Assembly: GCA_029564515.1 (NCBI GenBank)
Contig: JAKQPV010000102.1
Span: forward strand, 23,685 to 87,684
DNA from: Spirochaetota bacterium
Lineage (GTDB): Bacteria > Spirochaetota > UBA4802 > UBA5550
Reading direction: 5' to 3'
Length of the DNA: 64,000 nt
A model generated the notes under the pieces. It had not been told where the DNA came from, did no database searches, and saw nothing but the letters and a program-made list of their open reading frames with translations. Within the stretch, counting starts at the first letter, position 1. Every line of letters starts with the position of its first letter. A program made the position numbers and the translations under genes. Positions 8,309 to 17,343 of this stretch are shown here, piece by piece.

Positions 8309-9799
8309 CTAGAAATGCCTGATCACGTACTGCCGGACCAATATTTTGAACCTGCCGAGCTTGTCCCTGACCATGTCCAAAAAACTGTCGTATGATTTCT
8401 GCGAGCCGTCGTGTATGGTGCGGTAGCGTTTTTTCAGGTTCGCGCGGTACCCGCGCCCGTCACGTTCGACTTTTCCCCTGAGCGCGACCCCGGCGCTGCG
8501 GTCCGGCCCTTCACCGGCTGAAAGCAGATCCAGCGACACCGGCCGTTCCGAACGCCCCCCCCTGTCTTCATAGATATCCGGATTACGCGCGTCAAGGCCG
8601 AGGAGGTCCCGGCGCACGCTGCTGTTTACTCTCTGGATGGGGGGCGCGATGGCGGTGCCTTCCCGCTCAACGCGCACGACAGATTTTTCAGGGGTCAGGA
8701 GCCGGGGCTTGTATTTCTGCGCGCCGCCGTCATGTTGTTCCGCGACGGCCGGCGCCGTGTCGCGTGCCGCTTTTTCTTCCCGTTTTTTTTTTAATTTCCT
8801 GTGCTTGTCAGGTCTGCCGGATTCACCGTTCACGGCCAGCTTCAGCGAAACCGGCGCCGGCCGCTCGCCCAGCCGCTCTTCCAGGCGGGTGATCGGATCG
8901 ATATCCTTCAGGAGCGGGTACGAGTTCACGGCAGACAGCGGAGAGCGGTCAGGTCCGCCATCGGCCGCCGCCACCGCCGTTTCGCCCTTCATGCCGGCAT
9001 TCTTCATGAGCCTGTTGAGGCAGATATTCCATGTGGTCCGGGTGACCATGTAGCGCGGGAGCTCGAAGGGGCGGTCTCCGCCGGTTACCACAGGGAGGTC
9101 AATTTTGCCGCGCTTGATGGTAAAGGCGTAACGGTACCCCGCCTCCTTGAGCGCAGCCATGCCGGCTTCGGTCTTGAGGCCGAATGGATAGAGGAATACC
9201 GTTATCCTGCGGTTCAGCTTTTCTTCAAGGACCTGCTTGGATTTGAAGATTTCCATGTTAAACACGGCCGGCCTCTTGTCCTTGAGCTCCTGGTTGATCT
9301 TCTCATGGAAGTACCCGTGGGCCGCGATATCGCACCCGTTGTTCGCGAGATAGGAGAGCTGGTCCCAGGTAAGCGCGTATTTCTTCTTGTCTATGATGTT
9401 GGGATATATCCCGAGGAGGGGGCGGATACCGTTGGGCTTGAAGACCTTCTGGAAGGCCTCGTATACGCTCCTGTTGCCGTCGTCGATTGTTACCAGCACG
9501 TTATTCGTACCCGTGATCCGGCCGCTGACAACGTCGCCGATAGAAACGAACCGGAACCCCTGCTTCTTGAGCTGCGCTATATGGGAAGAAAGCTCCCCCA
9601 CGGTGAAGCAATACGGGTCCATCTTCTTTTTGTCGAGGAACGTGTGGTAGCAGAGCACGCTGACGGAAGCCCGGGCGGCAATCGCCGGCGCCGCGGCAGC
9701 GGCGAAGGCTGCAACGAGCGCCGCCAGCGCCAGGGCGCACATGACCGGATTGCGCCGCCGCGCCGGCGCCCCTTCCGCCCCGTTAGGAATTATAGTCAT
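8309..9799 (-). CDS. Polysaccharide deacetylase (NodB-homology domain) with a long basic low-complexity C-terminal tail
   Basis: NodB motifs 'VTIDDGNRS' and 'IAAHGYFH'. I moved the start to ATG 9799 (MTIIPNG..ARRRNPVMCALALAALVAAFAAAAAPAIAARA, signal-like, possibly twin-arginine), because the track start at 9847 overlaps the upstream gene by 65 nt. Confidence 0.75.
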   Translation of the reverse strand: MTIIPNGAEGAPARRRNPVMCALALAALVAAFAAAAAPAIAARASVSVLCYHTFLDKKKMDPYCFTVGELSSHIAQLKKQGFRFVSIGDVVSGRITGTNNVLVTIDDGNRSVYEAFQKVFKPNGIRPLLGIYPNIIDKKKYALTWDQLSYLANNGCDIAAHGYFHEKINQELKDKRPAVFNMEIFKSKQVLEEKLNRRITVFLYPFGLKTEAGMAALKEAGYRYAFTIKRGKIDLPVVTGGDRPFELPRYMVTRTTWNICLNRLMKNAGMKGETAVAAADGGPDRSPLSAVNSYPLLKDIDPITRLEERLGERPAPVSLKLAVNGESGRPDKHRKLKKKREEKAARDTAPAVAEQHDGGAQKYKPRLLTPEKSVVRVEREGTAIAPPIQRVNSSVRRDLLGLDARNPDIYEDRGGRSERPVSLDLLSAGEGPDRSAGVALRGKVERDGRGYRANLKKRYRTIHDGSQKSYDSFLDMVRDKLGRFKILVRQYVIRHF

Positions 9800-10340
9800 T
9801 TTTCCACATTGCCTCGAATTCAAGCTTTCTCTTCTCAAATCGGACATTTTCGTCTATGGCTTTCTTTCTTTTTTCAATATCGGCAGAATAAGCGCGGTCC
9901 CTCCTGACGGCCTGCCTCTCCAGGGTCCCGGTGTAATGCTCGAGCGGGGGCTTCAGGTACTTCTCCAGATACGTGTAGTTTTTCCAGTTGCCGTCCTCGC
10001 GGTACTGCTCCATCTTCATTTCGGTCAGCTTCTTGAGCCGGTAGATTTTCTCATAGTAAGCGATAAGTGTCTTGTTGTCTATGTCTTCAAGGGCGCGGGA
10101 CAGCTCCCTGTCTCCCTCCTTGAAGGTTGAATAACCGCGGGTCACGGGAAACACGTAGTCCAGTCCCATCCCCTGGTCGTACCCGTAATCGAACTCGATC
10201 GACCGGGTCGTTTTTTCCAGCAGCGAAGTCTCCTTCTCGGTGAAGTACGTGCTCTTCTCGCCGCTGAATATATGATAGTATGTGGCGCACCGCATGGTGA
10301 ACAGGCAGAGGCAGGCGCACAGCAGTCCCCTGATCTTCAT
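9783..10340 (-). CDS. Hypothetical secreted protein
   Basis: 185-aa ORF with N-terminal hydrophobic signal MKIRGLLCACLCLFTMRC. It sits between neuB and the deacetylase on the same strand. I recognise no motif. Confidence 0.5.
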   Translation of the reverse strand: MKIRGLLCACLCLFTMRCATYYHIFSGEKSTYFTEKETSLLEKTTRSIEFDYGYDQGMGLDYVFPVTRGYSTFKEGDRELSRALEDIDNKTLIAYYEKIYRLKKLTEMKMEQYREDGNWKNYTYLEKYLKPPLEHYTGTLERQAVRRDRAYSADIEKRKKAIDENVRFEKRKLEFEAMWKNDYNS

Positions 10341-10358
10341 GTATACACTCCCGGCAAA

Positions 10359-11390
10359 TTAAATATATTCTTTTCTGATCAGATATTCAACAGGTATATC
10401 GACCCTGCTCCGCTTCCCGATAACCCGGTCCCGCTCATATACGGGAATCCCGACGCCGGGCCGGAGTGACACCAGATCGTCCTCCCCGATGATCGCGCCG
10501 CGCGGAATATGCCGGCGGGCGAACAGGCTTCTTCGCGCCCCCCGGGCCGTACCGGCCTCGGCTTCGCCGTACGAGATGGTACCGTCACCGATCATGGCGG
10601 CGGCCTCCTCGACCTCCTGTATCATCGCGGCAAACTCCTCCGGCGTGCACGAGATATCTTTATCCGGGCAATCGTGAAATCTGTCAATAGTAAAATGCCT
10701 TTCGAAAATCCGCGCCCCCAGGGCCGCCGCCAGCATCGGTGCGGTGTGCTCGCGCAGGTGATCGGAGAACCCTACCGGAAGTCCAAAGCGGCCAGAGAGG
10801 GCCGGGATCCTGGCAAGGTTCGCCTGCTCGGGCCGGGCCGGGTAGAGCGATACGCAGTGCATCAGCACAAGCTCGGACCCGCTCTTCCGCCGGAATAGGT
10901 CCACCGCCATCCCTATCTCCTCCTCCGTCGCTATCCCGGTGGACAGGATAGCCGGCTTGCCCGTTCCCGCGACCGCCTCTATGAGGGGGTGATTGGTAAC
11001 CTCGGATGAGGCAAGCTTGTAGAGCGCGGTCCCCAGCCCCTCCAGCAGTTCCAGCGAGTCCAGGTCGAACACCGAGGAGAAAAAAAGCACGCCGAGACCC
11101 TCGGCCGCAGCTTTAAGCTCCCGGTACTGGTCCCGGGTAAGGACAAACCGCCTGAAAAAGTCTATCAGGCCCCTGTCCGGTTTCCGCTCGGCGCCGGTTT
11201 CCATGAGGTCCGATGTATACACCGAACTCATGAGCTCGGGCACGAACGTCTGGAACTTTACCGCATCGGCCCCTGCACGGGCCGCGGCTTCTATCATGGC
11301 CCGGGCGGTGTTTAAATCGCCGTTATGGTTAAGCCCGATTTCTGCGACGTATAATGCGCGCCGCCCTGTTTGTAAGATGGATTCCAGCAT
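10359..11390 (-). CDS. NeuB-family nonulosonic-acid (N-acetylneuraminate/pseudaminate/legionaminate) synthase
   Basis: 'YVAEIGLNHNGDLNTARAMIEAAARAGADAVKFQTF' is the NeuB signature. The C-terminal SAF-like segment is 'RRSLFARRHIPRGAIIGEDDLVSLRPG'. Confidence 0.85.
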   Translation of the reverse strand: MLESILQTGRRALYVAEIGLNHNGDLNTARAMIEAAARAGADAVKFQTFVPELMSSVYTSDLMETGAERKPDRGLIDFFRRFVLTRDQYRELKAAAEGLGVLFFSSVFDLDSLELLEGLGTALYKLASSEVTNHPLIEAVAGTGKPAILSTGIATEEEIGMAVDLFRRKSGSELVLMHCVSLYPARPEQANLARIPALSGRFGLPVGFSDHLREHTAPMLAAALGARIFERHFTIDRFHDCPDKDISCTPEEFAAMIQEVEEAAAMIGDGTISYGEAEAGTARGARRSLFARRHIPRGAIIGEDDLVSLRPGVGIPVYERDRVIGKRSRVDIPVEYLIRKEYI

Positions 11391-11561
11391 GAAATGTTAC
11401 CCGTTCACAAGCCCCGGTCGGGAGATACCGCGACACCCGCGGACACTTGTATTATCGACATGAACCGGCCTCCGGGCAAGGTAAAAAGCCCGCCCACGCC
11501 GCTCCGGCGCACCCGTATATATAAATTTTCATAGGTTTCACCCGTATGGATTAATTTTTAA

Positions 11562-11591
11562 TTGACACTCATCTTTAAAAACGGGTAGTAT
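11562..11591 (+). promoter_or_regulatory. Candidate sigma-70 promoter for glpK (TTGACA-N18-TAGTAT)
   Basis: TTGACA at 11562..11567 and TAGTAT at 11586..11591, about 100 nt upstream of the glpK ATG. Confidence 0.4.
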
Positions 11592-11691
11592 CGAACACTC
11601 GCCCTGACTCGGCCGGTTCCGAGACCGGACACAGGAACGGGCATAACCGGCAGGCCAACTGTCAAACTAAAACGCATCGCAGGGGCTTTCG

Positions 11692-13182
11692 ATGGGAAAA
11701 CGCTTCATAATTGCCATAGACCTGGGAACGACCGGCAACAGGGTATATTGTTTCGACGAGAAGGGATTGCCCGTTTCCAGCGCATACCGCGAGTTCACGC
11801 AGCATTTCCCGAAACCCGGGTGGGTAGAGCATGACGCCGTTGAAATATGGGACTCGGTAAGCGCGCTTATTCCACGGGCGATCAAGGACGGAGGGCTCTC
11901 ACCCTCCGACGCAATCGCGATCGGGATCACCAACCAGCGCGAAACCTCGCTCCTGTGGGACCGCGACACCGGCAAGCCCATTTACAACGCGATCGTATGG
12001 CAATGCCGCAGGACCACGGACATCTGCAACCAACTCAAGCAGGCGGGCCACGAACAGCTTTTCCGCGAGACTACGGGCCTGGTGATCGACGCGTATTTTT
12101 CCGGCACCAAGGTCAAGTGGCTCCTGGACAACGTGCAGGGTGCGCGCACTCAGGCCGAGAGCGGCAAGCTACTCTTCGGCACCATCGACACCTGGATATT
12201 ATGGAATCTTACCGGCGGCGTATCGCACGCCACGGACTATACCAATGCCTCCCGCACCCTGATGTTCGACATAAAGGAAAAGAACTGGTCCGGGAAGCTC
12301 CTGGAGATCCTGTCGGTACCCACGAAGGTGCTTCCCGAGGTCAAGGCGTCCGCTTCGAAATTCGGGGTCACGAAAGGCGCGCCCGGTCTGCCGGACGGCA
12401 TCGTCATCGGCGGCATTGCCGGCGATCAGCAGGCCGCCATGGTAGGCCAGAACTGCGTAACGCCGGGGAGTCTGAAGAACACGTACGGCACCGGCTGTTT
12501 CATGCTGATGAACAACGGCGAGAATTTCATCATCTCCCGGAACGGTCTTCTCACCACCCTTGCCTGCGACACCTTCGGCCACCCGGTGTATGCGCTCGAG
12601 GGCTCGGTCTTCATCGGCGGTGCGGTCGTGCAGTGGCTCAGGGACTACCTGAAATTTTTCGAAAACAGTGCCGAGTCGGAAAAAATGGCGCGCTCCGTCG
12701 CCAAGGAGAGCCAGGTGGTCCTGGTGCCTGCCTTCGTCGGGCTGGGCGCCCCCCACTGGAACATGGACGCGCGGGGCGCAATGTTCGGCCTGACAAGGGA
12801 CACGACCCGCGAGGACATCGTCATGGCGGCGCTTAAATCGATCGCGCTCCAGTCGCGCGACCTGGTAGAGGCGATGCAGGAGGACACGGGGATGAAGGTG
12901 CCGGAGCTTCGCGTGGACGGCGGTGCCACAAAGAACGCCTTCCTCATGCAGTTCCAGTCGGACATCCTCAACATACCGGTCCTCCTGCCGGAGATCACCG
13001 AGTCCACGGCCCTGGGGGCCGCCTATCTTGCCGGCATCACGGGGGGCGTGTTCGGCTCCATCGGCGAGATCGCAAAAACGAACAGGATAGCGTCCTCGTA
13101 CAAACCGGGGATGAGTAAATCGGAGCGCGACCATCAGGTCCAGCTCTGGAATGACGCGATACGTAGATTATTGTTGCAATGA
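11692..13182 (+). CDS. glpK: Glycerol kinase
   Basis: 496 aa with FGGY-kinase blocks 'IIAIDLGTTGNR', 'FGTIDTWILWNLTGG' and 'GDQQAAMVGQ'. Confidence 0.95.
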   Translation: MGKRFIIAIDLGTTGNRVYCFDEKGLPVSSAYREFTQHFPKPGWVEHDAVEIWDSVSALIPRAIKDGGLSPSDAIAIGITNQRETSLLWDRDTGKPIYNAIVWQCRRTTDICNQLKQAGHEQLFRETTGLVIDAYFSGTKVKWLLDNVQGARTQAESGKLLFGTIDTWILWNLTGGVSHATDYTNASRTLMFDIKEKNWSGKLLEILSVPTKVLPEVKASASKFGVTKGAPGLPDGIVIGGIAGDQQAAMVGQNCVTPGSLKNTYGTGCFMLMNNGENFIISRNGLLTTLACDTFGHPVYALEGSVFIGGAVVQWLRDYLKFFENSAESEKMARSVAKESQVVLVPAFVGLGAPHWNMDARGAMFGLTRDTTREDIVMAALKSIALQSRDLVEAMQEDTGMKVPELRVDGGATKNAFLMQFQSDILNIPVLLPEITESTALGAAYLAGITGGVFGSIGEIAKTNRIASSYKPGMSKSERDHQVQLWNDAIRRLLLQ

Positions 13183-13224
13183 CACGGCACAGCCCGTCAT
13201 AAAGATATCTTAGGGAGGAAGAGC

Positions 13225-13419
13225 ATGGCCAGACCGTTATTGGGCGAAATACTCCTGGACAACAAGGAAATATCCCAGGAACAGCTTGAAAAAGCCATAG
13301 AAGTGCAAAAAAAAGAGGGCGGGTTGATCGGTATAATCCTCGTCACCATGGGTGCGATAACCGAGCAGACGCTTGTCAAATATCTCGCGATCCAGGCAGA
13401 GCGGGTCACTTCATCATAG
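13225..13419 (+). CDS. Stand-alone MshEN / T2SSE_N-like domain protein (putative c-di-GMP receptor)
   Basis: 64 aa containing two 24-residue MshEN-type motifs, 'LLGEILLDNKEISQEQLEKAIEVQ' and 'LIGIILVTMGAITEQTLVKYLAIQ', separated by the 5-residue spacer KKEGG. Confidence 0.6.
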   Translation: MARPLLGEILLDNKEISQEQLEKAIEVQKKEGGLIGIILVTMGAITEQTLVKYLAIQAERVTSS

Positions 13420-13512
13420 CGCAACGGCAACCGCCGGACGGCACTTCACCGGCGCGGCCCCGGGCGCGGCAGGATCACCGCATGGTGCCCTGCGCCAACA
13501 GTATTACTTCAT

Positions 13513-13545
13513 GGAAAGAGCACTTCGGTGCTCTTTCCGTTTGTG
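13513..13545 (+). terminator. Rho-independent terminator-like hairpin downstream of the glpK / MshEN genes
   Basis: GGAAAGAGCAC-TTCG-GTGCTCTTTCC (11-bp stem) followed by GTTTGTG. Confidence 0.55.
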
Positions 13546-13656
13546 CGCGGCGGCCTTTTTCTGATTGACAGACTGCCCGCGTCAGGGCCATTCTCGTTGA
13601 CCGCGGGAAACCGGGACGCCCGCGAAGGCCACATGCCTCCAGGAAATTCAACACCT

Positions 13657-14307
13657 ATGAACAGACAGACAGCAGCGATCGCTCTTTGCGCCGTAATTCT
13701 CCTGGGCGCGGCCGGATGCACCGGCAAACAGCTCACGCAGCGCCAGATATGGCTGCGCCACGTAAAGAAGGTCCAGGAAAACAATAAAAAGGCCTGCACT
13801 GCCGGCTGCGTCCTGTTCGAGGGCGACAGCAACATGGAGCTCATCGACTTCCAGGCATTCCTTACCATCCCGGCCTGCAACTATTCACACCGCGGGAGCA
13901 CGACCGCCGACGTGCTGGCACGAAAGGAAAAAGTCCGGAAACTCAGGCCCGCGATCATAGTCGTCCTCGTCGGCGGCAACGATGTCGTGAAGTCGTACCC
14001 GGAGGAGACCACGGCCCGCAACTACGAGGAGCTGATCGGCTTTTACAAATCGATATGCGAAAGGGTGTACTGCATAAGCAACCTTCCTGTCAATCCGAGG
14101 CTGTATATCAAGAATTCAACCATGCTCCGGCTGAATACCCGCCTGGAGAAGACCTGCCGAAAGTTCGGCGCAACCTTCATCAATGTGTTTCCCAGCCTCT
14201 ACCGGAACGGGGGCCTCAATCCTGATTATGCATCCGACCCGGTCCACCTGAACAGGGCGGGCCAGGAAGTGCTGATGGGGATCGTGAAAAAGTATCTTCC
14301 GAAATGA
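13657..14307 (+). CDS. SGNH/GDSL-family hydrolase lipoprotein
   Basis: Blocks 'VLFEGDSNM', 'VLVGGNDV' and 'DPVHLN'. The lipoprotein signal MNRQTAAIALCAVILLGAAGC starts at ATG 13657. The longer track ORF (from 13528) would include the terminator hairpin. Confidence 0.75.
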   Translation: MNRQTAAIALCAVILLGAAGCTGKQLTQRQIWLRHVKKVQENNKKACTAGCVLFEGDSNMELIDFQAFLTIPACNYSHRGSTTADVLARKEKVRKLRPAIIVVLVGGNDVVKSYPEETTARNYEELIGFYKSICERVYCISNLPVNPRLYIKNSTMLRLNTRLEKTCRKFGATFINVFPSLYRNGGLNPDYASDPVHLNRAGQEVLMGIVKKYLPK

Positions 14308-14330
14308 ATGAAAGTGGCCGTTCCGACATG

Positions 14331-14463
14331 TGTCATTGCGAGGAGCAAAGCGACGAAGCGATCTGCATCATGATGCTCAGGGTAATTTTTTTAACGATAT
14401 TTCAATCAATAATGCAGCTATTCGTGGCAGGCAACAGATCGCTTCGCTTCGCTCGCGATGACA
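14331..14463. repeat. Inverted-repeat element (TGTCATTGCGAGGAGCAAAGCGACGAAGCGATCTG ... CAGATCGCTTCGCTTCGCTCGCGATGACA) with an AT-rich centre
   Basis: Arms read directly from the sequence. It lies in the convergent intergenic gap between the SGNH hydrolase and ilvE, and shares TGTCAT/ATGACA termini with the elements at 17177, 29793 and 34388. Confidence 0.65.
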
Positions 14464-14558
14464 GAACGATATAACGTACTTTGGGGACAACCCCTTCAAT
14501 AACATCTGCCGCGGTATTAGTTAAGGCCTCACCTGAGACAGGCGTTTAATCCCCTGCA

Positions 14559-14580
14559 GGGCCGGGTTTTAACCCGACCC
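14559..14580. repeat. REP-like palindrome GGGCCGGGTTTTAACCCGACCC
   Basis: One-mismatch palindrome immediately downstream of the ilvE stop, related to 7219..7242. Confidence 0.55.
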
Positions 14581-14591
14581 GTTACAATGCT

Positions 14592-15626
14592 CTATTTAAC
14601 CTCGACGAGCCAGCCGTTCTTGTCCTCGTAATCGCCGTACTGTATGCCCGTCAAACGCTCGTAGAGACGGGTGATGACCGGCCCGGCCTGTTCGCCGCTG
14701 CCGAAGCTGTAGTCGCGGTCGCGGAACCGGATCAGGTTCACCGGGGTAATAACGGCGGCTGTGCCGACCGCACCCACCTCGTTAAATGTCTCCAGCTCGC
14801 TCGCCTCGACCGGACGGCGCTCCACAATCATGCCCAGGTCCTGCGCAATGACCGAGAGGCTGTCGTTGGTGATGCTCGGCAGTATGCTCCGCGACTTGGG
14901 CGTAATATAGGTATTGTCCCGGATGGCGATGAAATTCGACGTGCTGAACTCGTCGATGTAGCGCTTTTCCTTCGAGTCAAGATAGAGCACGACCGGGTAG
15001 CCGCGGTCATGGCCGACCTCGGCGCCGCCCAGGCCGGCAGCGTAGTTTCCGCCGACCTTGCAGTCACCCACGCCCATCGGCGCGGCCCGGTCAAAATCCT
15101 CCACGACCAGCGCCTTGACCGGCTTGAAGCCGCCCTTGTAGTAGGGGCCCACCGGCGTTGCGAACAGCACGAACAGGTATTCGGACGCGGGCCCCAGTCC
15201 CACGCGGGCGCCGGTCCCTATCACCAGGGGCCGAAGGTACATGCTGGCACCCGTGCCGTAGGGCGGCAGGTATTTCAGGTTGGCCTTCACCACCTTTTGC
15301 ACGGCTTCAATGAACAACTCGTCGGGCACGGGCGGTATGAATATGCGCTCGCAGCTCCTCTGCAGCCGATGCGAGTTCTCCAGGGGCCTGAAGACCACCG
15401 CCCTGCCGTCTTTTGTCTCAAAAGCCTTGAGGCCCTCAAAGGCCTCCTGTCCGTAGTGGAGCGTCGGCGCTGCCATATGCAGGGAGATGTGCTCGTCGGA
15501 AACCACCTCGCCGGCAGACCAGGTGCCGTTTTTCCAGTAATAACGGATATTGTAATCCGTCTTGTGATAGTCGAAGGGAAGAGTTTTCCAGTCAAGGTCC
15601 GCTTTCTTTTTATCTTTCATGTTCAT
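14592..15626 (-). CDS. ilvE: Branched-chain amino-acid aminotransferase (class IV)
   Basis: 344 aa with 'LHYGQEAFEGLKAF' and 'KVGGNYAAGL'. Confidence 0.9.
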   Translation of the reverse strand: MNMKDKKKADLDWKTLPFDYHKTDYNIRYYWKNGTWSAGEVVSDEHISLHMAAPTLHYGQEAFEGLKAFETKDGRAVVFRPLENSHRLQRSCERIFIPPVPDELFIEAVQKVVKANLKYLPPYGTGASMYLRPLVIGTGARVGLGPASEYLFVLFATPVGPYYKGGFKPVKALVVEDFDRAAPMGVGDCKVGGNYAAGLGGAEVGHDRGYPVVLYLDSKEKRYIDEFSTSNFIAIRDNTYITPKSRSILPSITNDSLSVIAQDLGMIVERRPVEASELETFNEVGAVGTAAVITPVNLIRFRDRDYSFGSGEQAGPVITRLYERLTGIQYGDYEDKNGWLVEVK

Positions 15627-15762
15627 ATCCGTATCCCAAGGCCGCTGCGCTTGTAATTGTTCGCCCGGCCCCTGTTTTTGATTAAGGGATAGTAAGCAAG
15701 CACCTGATAAAAATTGTCAAGGAGAAAGATTTCGTCGTATAAAATAATTCCGGGGGCGGGCC

Positions 15763-17148
15763 CTACCCGAGCAGCTTTTTCAGCGCCTCTATTTGCGCCA
15801 GCACTTCATTTTTAGCCGTGCTCCCGGCGGAGAGTTTGCCCTCGACGGAGCGTGCGGGGTCCACTACCCCGACGATGTCGTCATCGAACTCCGGGGCGAG
15901 CTTTTTGAAATCCGCCGCTTTCAGGGCGAAGAAATCGGTCCCCTGCTCCTCGCAGGAGCGGACGAGCCTGCCGACGATCTCGTGTGATTTCCTGAAAGGC
16001 ACCCCCTTGCGCGCAAGGTAGTCGGCGATGTCTGTCGCGGTCGAGAAATTGCTGAACACGGCCTTTTTCATCCGTTCGACATTAAGGGTCATGCCGGAAA
16101 GCATTTCGGCCATGCCCGCAAGCGCGAGCTTCATAGTGTCAATGGAATCAAAAACCCTTTCCTTGTCCTCCTGAAGGTCGCGGTTATAGGTCATGGGCAG
16201 GCCCTTCAGCAGGGTCAGGAGGGAAACCAGGTTCCCGGCGAGCCGGCCCGACTTGGCCCGTATCAGCTCCGCTATGTCCGGATTACGCTTCTGCGGCATT
16301 ATGGACGAGCCGGTGGTAACGGCGTCCGCGAGCCGTATAAAACCGAACTCGGACGAAGACCAGAGGACCAGCTCCTCGCTGAAGCGGGAGAGACGCACTC
16401 CGCAGACCGCGGCGAAGTAGCAGAAGTCGAGCATGAAGTCGCGGTCGCTTACCGCGTCCATCGAATTGGGCACGATTCCCTCAAAGCCCAGCTCCTTCCG
16501 CACGAACTCGCGGTCGACGGGATAGTTGAGCCCGGCCAGGGCGCCCGACCCGAGGGGCAGGAGCGAGCATGCGTCAGAGGCAGCGTCGAGACGTTTCGCA
16601 TCACGCAGGAAGCCCCACGCATACGCGAGCATGTGCTGGCTGAAGCGCACCGGCTGGGCCACCTGGAGGTGGGTGTACCCCGGCATGAGCACGTCAATGT
16701 TCTGTTCCGCGATGCCGACGAGGACGCCGACGAGCGCGTCCAGCAGGCCGCGGACCTCGACCGCCTCGTCGCGCAGGTACATCCTTTCGTCCAGCGCCAC
16801 CTGGTCGTTGCGCGAACGCGCCGTGTGGAGCTTCCGCCCCGCGTCGCCGATCCGCTCGGTAAGTGCGGCCTCTATGTTCATGTGTATGTCTTCGAGCGAG
16901 GTTTTGAACGCGAAGGTCCCCGCGTCGATCTCTTTCTCGATGTCGGACAGTCCCCGGCGGATATCCGCCAGCTCGGCGCCGGACAGGATGCCGATCCGGT
17001 TCAGCATGCCGGCGTGGGCGATGGAGCCGCGGATGTCCTGGCGGTAGAGGCGCGCGTCGAATTGTATCGATGACGATATCTTCTCTGCCGTGCCTGACAG
17101 CGCCCCGGTAAACCGGCCGCCCCATGGTTTTTTCTTTTCAGTACTCAT
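15763..17148 (-). CDS. argH: Argininosuccinate lyase
   Basis: 'PWGGRF' N-terminus and fumarate-lyase signature 'GSSIMPQKRNPD'. I prefer ATG 17148 to the track's TTG at 17160. Confidence 0.95.
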   Translation of the reverse strand: MSTEKKKPWGGRFTGALSGTAEKISSSIQFDARLYRQDIRGSIAHAGMLNRIGILSGAELADIRRGLSDIEKEIDAGTFAFKTSLEDIHMNIEAALTERIGDAGRKLHTARSRNDQVALDERMYLRDEAVEVRGLLDALVGVLVGIAEQNIDVLMPGYTHLQVAQPVRFSQHMLAYAWGFLRDAKRLDAASDACSLLPLGSGALAGLNYPVDREFVRKELGFEGIVPNSMDAVSDRDFMLDFCYFAAVCGVRLSRFSEELVLWSSSEFGFIRLADAVTTGSSIMPQKRNPDIAELIRAKSGRLAGNLVSLLTLLKGLPMTYNRDLQEDKERVFDSIDTMKLALAGMAEMLSGMTLNVERMKKAVFSNFSTATDIADYLARKGVPFRKSHEIVGRLVRSCEEQGTDFFALKAADFKKLAPEFDDDIVGVVDPARSVEGKLSAGSTAKNEVLAQIEALKKLLG

Positions 17149-17176
17149 GGCGTATATCAATTACACTAAATGAAGC

Positions 17177-17255
17177 CTGTCATTCCCGCGAAAGCGGGAA
17201 TCCATGCGAAAAATATGGACTCCGGCTCTTCGCTGCGCTATGGCCGGAATGACAG
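17177..17255. repeat. Inverted-repeat element CTGTCATTCCCGCGAAAGCGGGAATCC ... CCGGAATGACAG
   Basis: Same termini and same CCCGCGAAAGCGGG hairpin as the element at 29793. Confidence 0.6.
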
Positions 17256-17343
17256 TCGGGTTTCACAACAAGTTAACAATACGGAGTATCGTATAAAATA
17301 AATCAAGCTAAATTACACGCGTCAGCGGACAGTCACGCCGGCG

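Noticed and set aside
8801-13134. Other long antisense or alternative-frame ORFs (8801..9907 +, 11847..12836 +, 12199..13134 -). The same pattern occurs at 2375..3196 -, 29950..31080 +, 40609..41346 +, 49003..50031 +, 58299..59441 + and 25268..26133 -.
   Set aside because: Each fully overlaps a gene with strong family signatures. Their compositions (R/P/G/A-rich) fit frame-shifted GC-rich coding DNA, not real proteins.
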